Origin: Psilocybe cubensis
Lineage: Eukaryota
Assembly: GCA_017499595.2 (NCBI GenBank)
Contig: CM038999.1
Location: forward strand, 1,178,001-1,242,000
DNA length: 64,000 nucleotides
Reading direction: 5' to 3'
Shown piece by piece: positions 1 to 11,151 of the stretch. A program made the translations under genes and the position numbers. Each line of letters begins with the position of its first letter. Positions within the stretch are counted from its first letter, which is position 1. The notes beneath the pieces were generated by a model. That model saw only the letters and a list, made by a program, of their open reading frames with translations, was not told where the DNA came from and made no database searches.

Positions 1-1115
1 AGAAATAATTCTCACCGATATCCATGTGCAACAAAGGGGTTGTTCCTCCATGGATATGGCAGGTCGGAATATTTGATAAGTCGAACGCCCTCGAACGACC
101 GCTTGACAGCGACCGCGACTTCGTGAGCTGCTCTCTCCAACATATCCTCCCCCTCTAGAATAATTTCTGGTGTGGAGTTCAAAATATCTTTGACAAGATC
201 TGAATTCAACAGGGACTGAAGGAGGTCGGCAAGAACGGTATTGGGGGTGAAAGAAGGTGTAGGTATCCCTGATGGCATGTCTAAGCTTGAAAGGTGGGAA
301 TGAAGGTTTTCTAGATGGTCGGATAGTGTAGGAATGTAGCTAAAGGGACGTTGAAAGTCTATTTCGTGGAATCGTGTACGAACGTCGTCTAGTTTGTTGC
401 ACATATCAGATAAGTGCGACCGAACTTCGTCCATATGAGGGATACTGGGCATATGCGAACGCATTTCCGTCATGTCGGGTAACGACGGCATATCGGGCAG
501 ATGAGAACGCATCTCTGCCATGTCAGGTAGGTGTGGCATATCTGGTAAATGTGCGCGCATCTCTGCCATGTCAGGTAGGTGTGGCATCTCTGGTAAATGT
601 GCGCGCATTTCTGTGAAGTTAGGGACATCGGGCATATCTGGAAGATGAGACTTGACGAAAGCCTCCATGGAGGAGAGATCGGCAAAAGGCAGTTCTGGCA
701 AATGTGAACAGACATCCTCGCGGATACCTTTGAGCATATCGAGAGCTGTCCGGGCCCACTGTGTTGCCTCCTCTATGGTCAATTCCCCTTGCAGCATCCA
801 TGCCTCAAAACTTGGAGATTCAAATTCGCTCAAACGCCGTTCGAGATCCGCAAGGTAGGAGAGGACAAGGAAGCGAAGAGACGCAAGGGTCTGCGAGGGT
901 GATGCAGAGGAAAGGTCGAGTGCCTCAAGAGAGTATGATAGAGAGCGGCAGACTTTCAGTGAAGGCTGGTTTGAGGATGGAGCTGATAATCTGCGCCTTG
1001 TTCGTCGCATACGAAGGCCCTCATTGGCGAAAGAGGCGGTGTTCCCTGTGGCGACGACCGAGATTGAGCTGGTGGACGTACTCGTTCTTGTCGTGGTGAC
1101 AGTTGTCGTCGACAT
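1..1115 (-). CDS. PAQR / hemolysin-III family receptor (IZH3-like), 5' part; gene runs off the left edge
   Basis: Likely ATG at 1115 (MSTTTVTT). The long first exon ends in LIKYSDLPYPWRNNPFVAHGYR, the motif preceding the HlyIII/PAQR TM domain, followed by a GTGAG donor at 15-11. Confidence 0.8.
413..645 (-). repeat. Coding tandem repeat, 48-nt / 16-aa unit (LPDMPHLPDMAEMRAH-like), 4 copies plus 1 shortened copy
   Basis: Near-identical 48-nt units cgcatctctgccatgtcaggtaggtgtggcat(a/c)tctggtaaatgtgcg at ~508-603, with degenerate flanking copies. Confidence 0.9.
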
Positions 1116-3764
1116 GGGGAACGATGGTGAAAAGAGAGAAAGGGGTGTAAGGAAAGAAAATGAAAGAATGACGGTGTGGCTAATATCAGGCGAACCAAAA
1201 TAATCAGGCGCAAACCAACAGGCACCCACAAAAATCCGCTCCGTGAAACATTACGTAACCATCTCCACTGATCCGATCTGCAATGTTGACCGCAACTTGG
1301 CAGTCACCTACTCCTTCAATGCAACCTTCATGACCATATACTCCTCCAAGGTCTCACTTTCCTAGCCTTATTTTTCCTCAATACAAGGGAGAAACATGCT
1401 TTCAGCTGTGAATACAGAACATGCTAAGCCTTTTCTAATCATCTAATTGTCATCTAGCATCATCTAGGCCGGCCAACCATGCGCTCTGATCAAATTTCAT
1501 TCTTGGCTCCCAGTGTATACTGTATACAGTCTCCTCAACTCTTCGGCATCACCTTTTGAAAGTTGGACCCACAACCTTCAGGTTTTTTCTACTGGGATAC
1601 ATTGTTGCATGGAATCTTGCTCCAGTGTGGTTCTTACATTTTACGAGGTCCTATCTGCTGTCACACTCCTCAAAGTTCAGATAATCATGTGAATCAAAGC
1701 AAATCACGACCAACCACGCCCCAAAATCTTCCTTGCCAAGCCAATGTTGTATTCGTGGTTTCTGTTTAGACGAAATTTGGACTGAGTGTAGGCTTTCATC
1801 TGCAACTCTCCAGGACTCTACAAACTCGACACAAGTACTGTTCAATGCTGTCTTGTACACGCTTCATGGCTAAATGATGTTCAAGAAGCTTGACTTTTTA
1901 TTGGTGAAGGCTAGAACCACCGGGTCCCTTATCAACGTTGAAAATTTCCAGATAAGTATCACTTTGGGATCCCCAGACAGAGACCAGTCGCTTCTACACC
2001 GTTCGATGTGGTTGCCTAGTCACGGCCTGTACGCAAGATCATCATTTTCCTTTGTCAGAGTCTTAGGGCACGTAACGCTACTTTTCTCATTTTCATTGGC
2101 CAGCTTCCTACCTTCTTCACGGACTAAGAAAAACCAATCTCTTTCTAGTATGAGATGACGACTCACTAACTTTGTGAGTTTACAATCATCTACTCCAAAG
2201 TTAGCAGTACTGATTTTCTCTGTCACGTATAGCGAATATCTTGGATGAATGATTGTAAAACAGTTGCATTATATATACTTGGTCAGGTCGGAACCGGGTA
2301 CCCCACTTCACACCTCTTCTGATGCCATCCCTCATCGGTGTAACAATCTCTCGGTTCGAGGAACATTGAGCCCAATTTCTTTTAGTATTCTCCTCAGACG
2401 CCACCTTCTGGTGTCCGCTAGAAACTGAGTAAATTCCAAACGAATCAAAGCTGTCGAACGCCGCAGTGTAGGATGGCCCTCGGGTACGCCTTTGGAATTT
2501 TCTGTACGTTTATCACCATACATGCACTCCGCCTCCTTTCATGCCAACATTGTTGAGATGGAAGCAGAGAAAGCGATACCTAACCTTTCACAAGCATCTG
2601 GTGGATGGGGAAAGAAACCCCGAGGAGCAAGGCATCGAGATATTGTCGTTTTTCTTGGACTCTTATTCGGACGCTGGTTAGCAGTGGATATCTCAGGATA
2701 TCAAAAACAAGACTAAAATGTATAGTGGATCCACTTTTCGACTCTCGCGAAAACTTTGACGACTACGATTATGTCATGTTTGTGTCATTGTTGCTAAAAT
2801 GTTGTTATATTGAACAAGGTCAATTCGGATCCCATTAAGCGCCGCTACGTAGCCTTTTGGAACTTGACATAATGGGGGACTAACCAGCTCAGGGTCATTC
2901 CCCTGAAAGGACTGTTGATCAGACTGTCTGCAACGGTGTTTGTAAAGTCCGGATTTACGCAATGCGTCTTGTACATCGAGAGCAATCGTTGTATTAATAC
3001 TATTGTACACACATATATGTAATTTCGGGACTACAATGGGTGCGGTTGATTGAGCACCGATGACCTGGGACTTTTCAAGTCTCTTTTATAGAATCATTTT
3101 GTTTGTCCCCAAATGATTCTGGATCGATGTCAAATACACTCCAAGCTCGATAGCACACTGAAATTTGAGTTGCCCTTTCTGTTGCTGACTAGTGCTGTCC
3201 CCGTTAGTGTATGCCCGTACTGAACCCGTACTCCTCAGACCTTATTAAAGCTCTTCTTTAAGTTCGTTTCGGCGCTGCAATGTCACCTAATGATCTAACG
3301 ACTACGTTTCTTTGCTCATTGTGATTTGGCACTTAATAATGCTCCAACCGTGCTATCGAATCATGACAGGCAAATCAATACAGATGGATTCTTTTGGTAT
3401 TCAAGCACAGGCAGAATCAAACATGGTTATTAGACTTCAATAATCTGAAGTCGTGTGATATGAGCATGGTTCTGGACGTTCTTTATTGGCTCAGAATACC
3501 GGCACTAAAGCCGCTCAATCTATAATTAACGAGTCTAAACCATGAAAGTTGTTTAGCTTGTCGCTATAATTAATGGAAGTGACATTCACTATGCTTACGA
3601 TGCACATCATCTTAGATCTATTCTTCTGCACGTAACATACAGCAGCCAGGCGACCGATGCCCTCCCCCGCCGGGCTGGAGAAGCACTGCAGGATGCAAAT
3701 ACTTAAATACGGGGTAGGATGGACATCGAGAGGTTAACGCTCAGTCCCAGGGCCTTCGTTCAAT

Positions 3765-5898
3765 ATGCACAGTCTCGGTCTGTTCGCTTTAATCAGCTTG
3801 TTGCCCTACCTCGTCGTCGCGCAACGTGCATCGACCTTTGCAGGCGCGACTACAACCGCTGTGTTCCCCCCACCCAATGCTGGTATTGCAGCAACCGACA
3901 CGAACTTCCCCGATGGCTCTAAAGTTGGATTCCCAGGTCCAACGCGCAGTACGTCTCTTGAACTTTTGCTGGAGGTGTAAAGCTCAACGATATTTTGTAG
4001 CCGGAGACGAAGCAGCAGCAATAGAGACTGCACCTGTGGCTGCCAAAGTCGACAGCTTCTTCCCCCTGATCAATGGGGGTGCTGAAGATAGCACACCGAT
4101 GGACCCCTTCGACGTCTTGGTGCACCTCGGAAATTTGAGCCCTTTCCAATCCGTCCCATCATCGGCGTTTGGTCTGCCTGGAGCATCTCCTCTCATTCCT
4201 GAGGGATGCGACATCGTACAGGCCCACCTTCTTCACCGCCATGGTGCGCGTTACCCCACTGCTGACAGTGGTCCCCCAGGATTTGCAGCCAAGGTCAATG
4301 CCGCTGCTAATTCGGGATCTGGGTTCTCGGCGAAAGGCGATCTCAGTTTCTTGAACACTTGGACTTACAAACTCGGTGGTGACATTTTGACACCTTTTGG
4401 TCGCTCACAACTGTACGCTCCTATCAGTTTATGGCTTGAAGCGTCGCTCATACTTTTCACCAGCTTCAACTTGGGTGTTGGGTTCCGTGTCAAATATGGT
4501 ATGAATATTGCTTCAGCATTCTAATCTCTCCTACTAATTAAATGTTAGGCCAATTGCTGAAAGGATTCAAGAATCTACCCGTCTTCCGAACAACCTCCGA
4601 AGGTAAATCGCGAGTCTATACCTCTATCATCAACTAGACTAATGTAAATCTTAGCGCGTATGCTTGACTCCGCGTTCGTAAATCTTTGACAGAAACTGTC
4701 AAAATTTAGCTGACTCTCTTTTCAATAGTCTCCACTTCGCTACGGGTTTCTTCGGTGTACAAAAGTACCAAGATAGTTATCACCAACTTATCACGATTGA
4801 ACACGGGGGAAAGCAGAACAACACCCTTGCCCCTTACGAGTCTTGCACTAACGGACTGAATGATGTCGCCGCGTTCGGTGACATTCAAAGCCAGAAATGG
4901 GCCCAGATCTACTTGGCCCCTGCAGTAAAGAGGCTGAACGCAAACCTCAGGGGACTGCAACTCAACGTGACGGACTTGTTTGCTATGCAACAACTCTGCG
5001 CTTTCGAGGTACATATTTCCCTCTCCTCATGTTCATAATATTAATGTTACGTCAAAAGACCGTCGCCCTTGGATATTCCTCTTTCTGCGACCTGTTCACT
5101 GAGGAGGAATGGAGAGGATTCGAATATCAAAGCGGTAATACAAAATATATTTTTGCCTTTGTACCTCTTGTGACCTGACTGGACCTAGATCTTCAATTCT
5201 GGTACTCTTTCGGACCCGGTAACCCCGCATCCAGCGCCATGGGTATCGGCTACGTCCAGGAACTCGTTTCACGACTCACCAAGACGCGCATCACGACCTT
5301 CGACACCACAGTCAACGCCTCGATTGTGACGAGCGATATTCTCTTCCCACTAGACCAACCTATTTACGTTGACGCAACCCACGACACGATTCTGACGGCT
5401 AGTGAGTGTTGTATATCTGTTATGATTCACGTGTCCTGACACCTTGCCAGTTTTCGCTGCCATGAACCTTACGACTCTTGCTGCCAACGGACCTCTGCCC
5501 ACCGACCACATTCCAAAAGGCCAGGTAAACTTCTCTTCTTTAGCTGGACACCCGAACAACCACGCTGACACGGCGACAACTAACAGACATTCTTCGCCAA
5601 TCAACTCGCACCCTTCGCAGCCAACGTCGTCGGCCAAGTCCTCTCCTGCCCGGCCTCCTCCAAGCCCACACACATCCGCTGGATAATCAACGACGGCGTC
5701 GTCCCGCTCACAGGCATCAAAGGATGCAAGCCCGACAAAAACGGCATGTGCGAGATCAACACGTTCATCGCGGGCATGAAGCAGCGCATGCAGGAGATCG
5801 ACTTCAACTTTGACTGTTTCGCGAACTACACCGTGCCTATTCCTGATGACATCGTCAATGGGCAGTACCCGCAGAACTTGAAGCCTAAGAAGAAGTAG
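3765..5898 (+). CDS. Secreted histidine acid phosphatase / phytase family (branch 2); candidate PsiP-type psilocybin phosphatase
   Basis: Signal peptide MHSLGLFALISLLPYLVVA; catalytic RHGARYP and downstream HD (DATHDT); multiple GT-AG introns; ends PQNLKPKKK-TAG at 5896-5898. Confidence 0.9.
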
Positions 5899-6261
5899 AT
5901 ATCAGAATGTGTGTAGTAAAAGTTGTGTTTTTAGGTTTTTATCATTGTAGAACTTTGTCATGCAATTTGCAGCGAGGAATTGAGATGCACAAGAAGAGCT
6001 ATTTGAGTGTAAAGTGCAACGATGGCCATTTTAAGTCGCAAGCGAACATAACCCGCCCTAAACCTCACATGACCTAACGAACTTGTTCATATTTTCGTCC
6101 AACTCCCTTTCGAGTGCAACGTCAGCGTCAATATCAATCAATATATTGACAACCTCCAAAAAAAGCTTAACGTTAATGTACACTTCCAAATGTTCATTCT
6201 AATCGTAAAGTCCTAGTGAAGACTGCTGATACAACAACTCGATTTCAGAAACTATCTTTGT

Positions 6262-6480
6262 GATTACAATCACAATCACCATCTTGATTTTGATTTTGAT
6301 TTTGATTCTGATTCTGATTTTCTGCATTCAAGCTCCAAGCTCGCATTCACTCCCATTACTACTGCTACTACTACTACTATCAGTCACTCATCAGTATCAT
6401 GATAGTTATCATTGTGTATCAAGTATCAAGTATCATCGTGAGTATCAGTATCAAGATGTACCAAGTACCAAGTAACACGT
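6262..6480. repeat. Compound microsatellite cluster: (ACAATC)n, (GATTTT/GATTCT)n, (ACT)n, (AAGTATC/AGTATC)n
   Basis: Directly visible short tandem units between the phosphatase and GH63 3' ends. Confidence 0.85.
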
Positions 6481-6874
6481 ATCACATATCATGCATCGTG
6501 TATAATATCATGTCTAATACGTCCTGTCCTACAAACGTGTATCAAAAAAGACAAAAAGAAAAAAAGAAAAGAAAAAAAATAAACCCAAACGAAACACCAA
6601 AACACCAAACACGCCCTGGGCAACCCCAACACAAACTTCAAAAAAAACGAGACCCAAACATTCAATAAAATACAAAATAGTAATCCATCTAATCTATTCC
6701 AATCCAATCTACCAATCTACCAAAACTCTTTCTCTTGTCTGCATAAACACTCCCTCATATCGTTTCTTTATGTCCATGAAGGCACATTTTTCTCTCCAAC
6801 TCCCACAATCCCAATTTCCATAAGCCCACAATCCCACATCCCATAAGCGCCCAGCGTTAACGATGATAATAACC

Positions 6875-9800
6875 TCAAAGCGCATCCGGCGAAATATCCC
6901 CAAGCGTATTCAACTCCCAATTCTCAAAGTTACTTCCAACCGCACTGAACCCGCTCGCAGATTTCGCATCATCTCCAAATTCAGAGCGCGAGTCGATCGT
7001 GTCCTTCATTGAAAGTTTGAATAAGTCAAAGTAGAAAAAAATAATAGACGTACATCAAAGTAATGCCTCAACACACTCCTCGGCGCTACAAAGAATCATT
7101 AATAAGGGAAAAAAAACAAAAGAGAATGAAATGAACACGTACTTCTAGGAGTCTTGGGCAACCTACAGCTCACACCGCTCTGCAAGATATGATACGCCAC
7201 AAGCCCACTCCACCCCGTCTGATGACTCGCTCCGAGACCTTTCCCGCTGTCCGCATGGAAGAACTAGTCACAAAAGAAATAATAATCAGCACCACACAAC
7301 CCAAAAGCCCAACACACAACACAAAAAAAACAACAAAAAAAACACACCTCATAAAACCACACATAATCCCTAAAATGCGGATCATAATCCAACTTTCCAT
7401 TGCCCCCATTCGTCGCTCTCCTCCCCTCGGCATCACGTCCAAAAATATGAATAATCCGATGCTGAATCTCCTCCGCCACAGCTACAAGGTTCATATACTC
7501 CCCTGAACCCGTCGGACACTCTACTTGGAGGTCGTCGCCGTAGTATTGGTAGAAGCGCTGGAGAGACTCGATGAGCAGGAAGTTGGTTGCTAGCCCTGGA
7601 AATAGTTAAGATTGTTGAGCATGGAAATGGAAATGGGAAGGGGAATGGGATAGAGGGAGGGTGTACGTACAAATCGGACCGCGCCAATTCGAATTCCCAC
7701 CAAACATCCCCGACTGCGAATCACCCGGCCAATACCCAACCTCATACCTCTGCCCATGCACATCGATCCCCCACGGATGCTCCTGATGCAGCTTCGAAAG
7801 TCTATTATTCACAGTTCAGTCAATGGTGTGTGTGTGTGTGTGTGTGTGTGTGAGTGAGGATGCAACCAGCATTTTAGCTCGAGTACGTACGATCGCACAC
7901 CATGCTCGCTCAAAAACTCGTTCTCGTCCAACATCTTTTCCAAAATCTTGACAAGCCGCTCTTTACTCGCAAGCGCTAAAAGCCTTCTCTGCTCTTTCCC
8001 ACCAACTATAAAAAGTTAACCCGTCAGCTCAAACCCACCCAAAAAACACAAACACAACCACAAAATCCAAAAAACCAAAAAGAGAAAGAAAAAAAGACCA
8101 AAAAAAAAAAAAACCAAAAAAACAACCAAAAAAAAACCCAACACCCACCTTTCATATTAGCCATATTCCTCCCCGCCGCCCCCGGCCTATTATCAACAAA
8201 CCACTCCATCCGCTTCTTAAACCCCGGGAACCGATTCAACACCGCCGGCTCCAACACAAGTGTCGCGTACAGGGGTATGAGACCGACGAGCGAGCGCACG
8301 GGGAGCTGGATGGAGTGGCCCGGGCCGAAAACGATGGCGTCGTAGTACATCCCGTCTGTTTCGTTCCAGAGCGAGCGCGATTCGTCGGTGGTGGAGGAGG
8401 AGTATGTCATGGCGTCTGCTATGAATATGAAGTGCTGTGAAAGTCGGCGTTAATGGTAATGGTAATGGTAATCGTACAAAGAAAAAGAAAACGCCGCACC
8501 TCGAAAAACTTGCTCGCAATATCCTCATAAACACTATTATGCTTCGCAAGCTCCAACGCAATACTCAACATATTCAAACAATAAAACGCCATCCACGCCG
8601 TCCCATCCGCCTGACGCAGCTCCCCACCCGTAGGCAACGGCTCACTCCTATTAAACGCCCCAATATTATCCAACCCCAAAAAACCCCCCTCAAAAACCCC
8701 ATTTCCCCCTTTATCCTTCCTATTAACCCACCACGTAAAATTCAACAGCAACTTTTGAAAAACCCGCTCCAAGAACCCCAAGTCCTCTTTACCCCCGTGC
8801 AGCTTGCGCTCGATTTTGAATACGCGGAATGTGGCCCATGCGTGGACGGGTGGGTTGACGTCGGAAAAGTTCCATTCGTATGCGGGGATCTGCCCGTCGG
8901 GTTTCATGTACCATTCGCGTGTGAGCAGGTCGAGTTGCTTTTTCGCGAAGGAGGGGTCGACGACGGCGAGTGGGATGCAATGGAACGCTGTATCCCACGC
9001 TGCGAAGAACGGGTACTCCCATCTATATTTAGATTTTAAAATAAGCGCCGGGCAAGGAAGAGGTAATATAAGTGACAAAAAAAAAGAAGCGCACTTGTCA
9101 GGCATACTCAACACATCTTCAACATGCATATGCCTCCACTCTCTATTCCTGATCCACTTCCTCTCAGGCGGCGGGGGCGGCTGCGCCGGATCACCCTCCA
9201 TCCACTCCTTCTGCACAAACCGATAATACTGCTTCGTCCACAACATGCCCCCAAACGCCTGCCTCATAATCTGCTTCAAATCCTCACTAATCGGGCCAAA
9301 CACAAAACTCGAGTAAAACTCATCCGCCTCCACACGGCGCTCTTCGAGCGTATCGTCGAATATCGTTTCGTCTTCTAGCGAGGGGTCCGCGGAGAGCCGC
9401 GAAGGTGTGAGTTTGAGTCGGGCGACGGCGCAGCCGCCGTGGCCCGGGACGTCAGCAAAGACGTACTGCGCGGCAGCCTTTGTCCCGCGCATCTCCGGGT
9501 TGACGAACGAGCCGGGTGTAGCAGGGAACGGGGTGCACGGGCCCTCCTCCACCACCTCCGGGCGCTCGTTCCCGAACAGCGACGCGGTGCGACTGCGAAT
9601 GCGCGGGGCGAAAAAGTCTTCTGGCTGCGAGGCCGACGCGGGCGGGCGGTGCGCTGGGATGATATGGTCGTGGAACGCGTCTTTGACGTAGGGCGTCTCG
9701 TTTGTCCCGCCGTATAGACGGCTAAAGTTGGTGTTGTTGTCGGTGAAGAGCAAGGCTGGCTGTACGACGTCTGCGCTGTCGTCGACTTCAAAGTCGGTGG

Positions 9801-11004
9801 TGGGCCCCACGGGTGGTGGGGAGGGTAGAGCGTAGAGGTGGGTTTTGCCGAGGGTCGGATGGCGGGCGGTGATGCAGCGGATTTCGTCTACGCCGCGCAC
9901 GGAGCCGGTGAGGGAAGGCATGGGTGGCTTTTCGAGGGGCCAGGACCAGGTGTTGGGGAACCAGAGCTGGGGGATGACATGCAGGGTGGCTGGATCTGGG
10001 CCGCGGTTGTAGGTGGTGATGCGGATGTAGAGATTGTCGGGCTCGTCCTCGTCTTTGGCGTACTAGGTAGATGTAAATAGGGGCTAGTAGATTAGATAAA
10101 AATGGCATACCTCGACAAAAACGTCCCAGTAGCGGTCTTCGTCAAAGGCGTCTGTGTCGAGGATTTCAAATTCTGCGACATCGCGTCCACGGCGTTGGTT
10201 TTCGTCGACGAGCTCCTCGTAGGGGAAGCGGCGCTGGGGGTACTTGTATAGAAACTTCATGTAGGAATGGGTGGGTGTGGAATCGAGGTAGTAGTAGAGC
10301 TCCTTGACATCCTCGCCGTGGTTTCCTTGATGACCAGTGACGCCAAAAAGGCGTTCCTTGAGAATGGGATCCTCGCCGTTCCAGAGGGAGAGACCGAAGC
10401 AGAGACGCTGGTGGTTGTCGCTTATACCTGCAATACCGTCCTCGCCCCAGCGATATGCGCGGGATCTGGCGTGTGCATGGGGGAAGTGGGACCAGGCATC
10501 GCCGTCCGCGGAGTAGTCCTCGCGAACAGTGGCCTGGGGTAGAGGTTAGCAAGGGCGGGGTAAGGCAAAGAGAGGACTCGCCCATTGCCTGTCGCTGAGA
10601 TAGGGCCCCCAGCGTTTCCAGTGGCGCTCGCGGGCGTCGTCTTGCTGGAGACGGTACTTTTCAGTGCCGATGTAGTCTGGACCGAGCTTTTTGGCGAGAC
10701 GCTCGCGGTAAGGGGGGAGGGGCTCTGGGGTGCGAGCGCGATTGTCGTCGTCTGGGGTGTTGGAGGAGGGGTCTGATATGCCCAACCCATCGAGAGCCTT
10801 GAGGGTGGTGTCTGGATCTGGTTTGGGAGAGTCAGAGGGTTTGGCGGGGGCAGACTTGCGGGGCGGGGGCGGGGTGGGGCTCTGAGCAGGCTTTGGGATG
10901 TGGATGGAGAGAGGGGTAGTGTCACGCGAAGGAGTGTCTGGAACAGAGCTCTGGGGAGATTTGCCAAAGAGGCGCTCCTGTACTTTGCGGGCAGCGCTGG
11001 CCAT
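6875..11004 (-). CDS. Glycoside hydrolase family 63-like (MGH1 / YMR196W-type) six-hairpin glycosidase
   Basis: Spliced motifs [90 protein letters not shown]. Stop TGA at 6875-6877 after DISPDAL. Confidence 0.9.
7826..7851. repeat. (GT)13 microsatellite within a GH63 intron
   Basis: Direct reading. Confidence 0.95.
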
Positions 11005-11114
11005 GGTGGTAGGAAAGAAGAGGTTATCGATGGAGAGTTGAAGGAGAATTAGAGAAAAGGGGATGACATCATTGGATCAAAACCGTGGGATGGTTGATAG
11101 ACGGTGTGGAACGG

Positions 11115-11138
11115 CAGCAGCAGCAGCAGCAGCAGCAG
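11115..11138 (+). repeat. (CAG)8 immediately upstream of the RhoGAP start
   Basis: Direct reading; lies in the 147-bp gap between two divergent ATGs. Confidence 0.95.
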
Positions 11139-11151
11139 AGCAGCAGCCACG

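Noticed and set aside
413-645. Peptide repeat as a RiPP precursor
   Set aside because: It lies inside a PAQR receptor and lacks a signal peptide and KR/RR processing sites.
1300-3700. Long intergenic stretches (also 18600-20000, 57200-58800, 63000-64000) as transposon relics
   Set aside because: No terminal repeats or transposase/reverse-transcriptase motifs recognisable by eye; a repeat-library search would be needed.
6262-6480. Repeat array as CRISPR or telomere
   Set aside because: Eukaryotic simple repeats without spacers, and not TTAGGG arrays.
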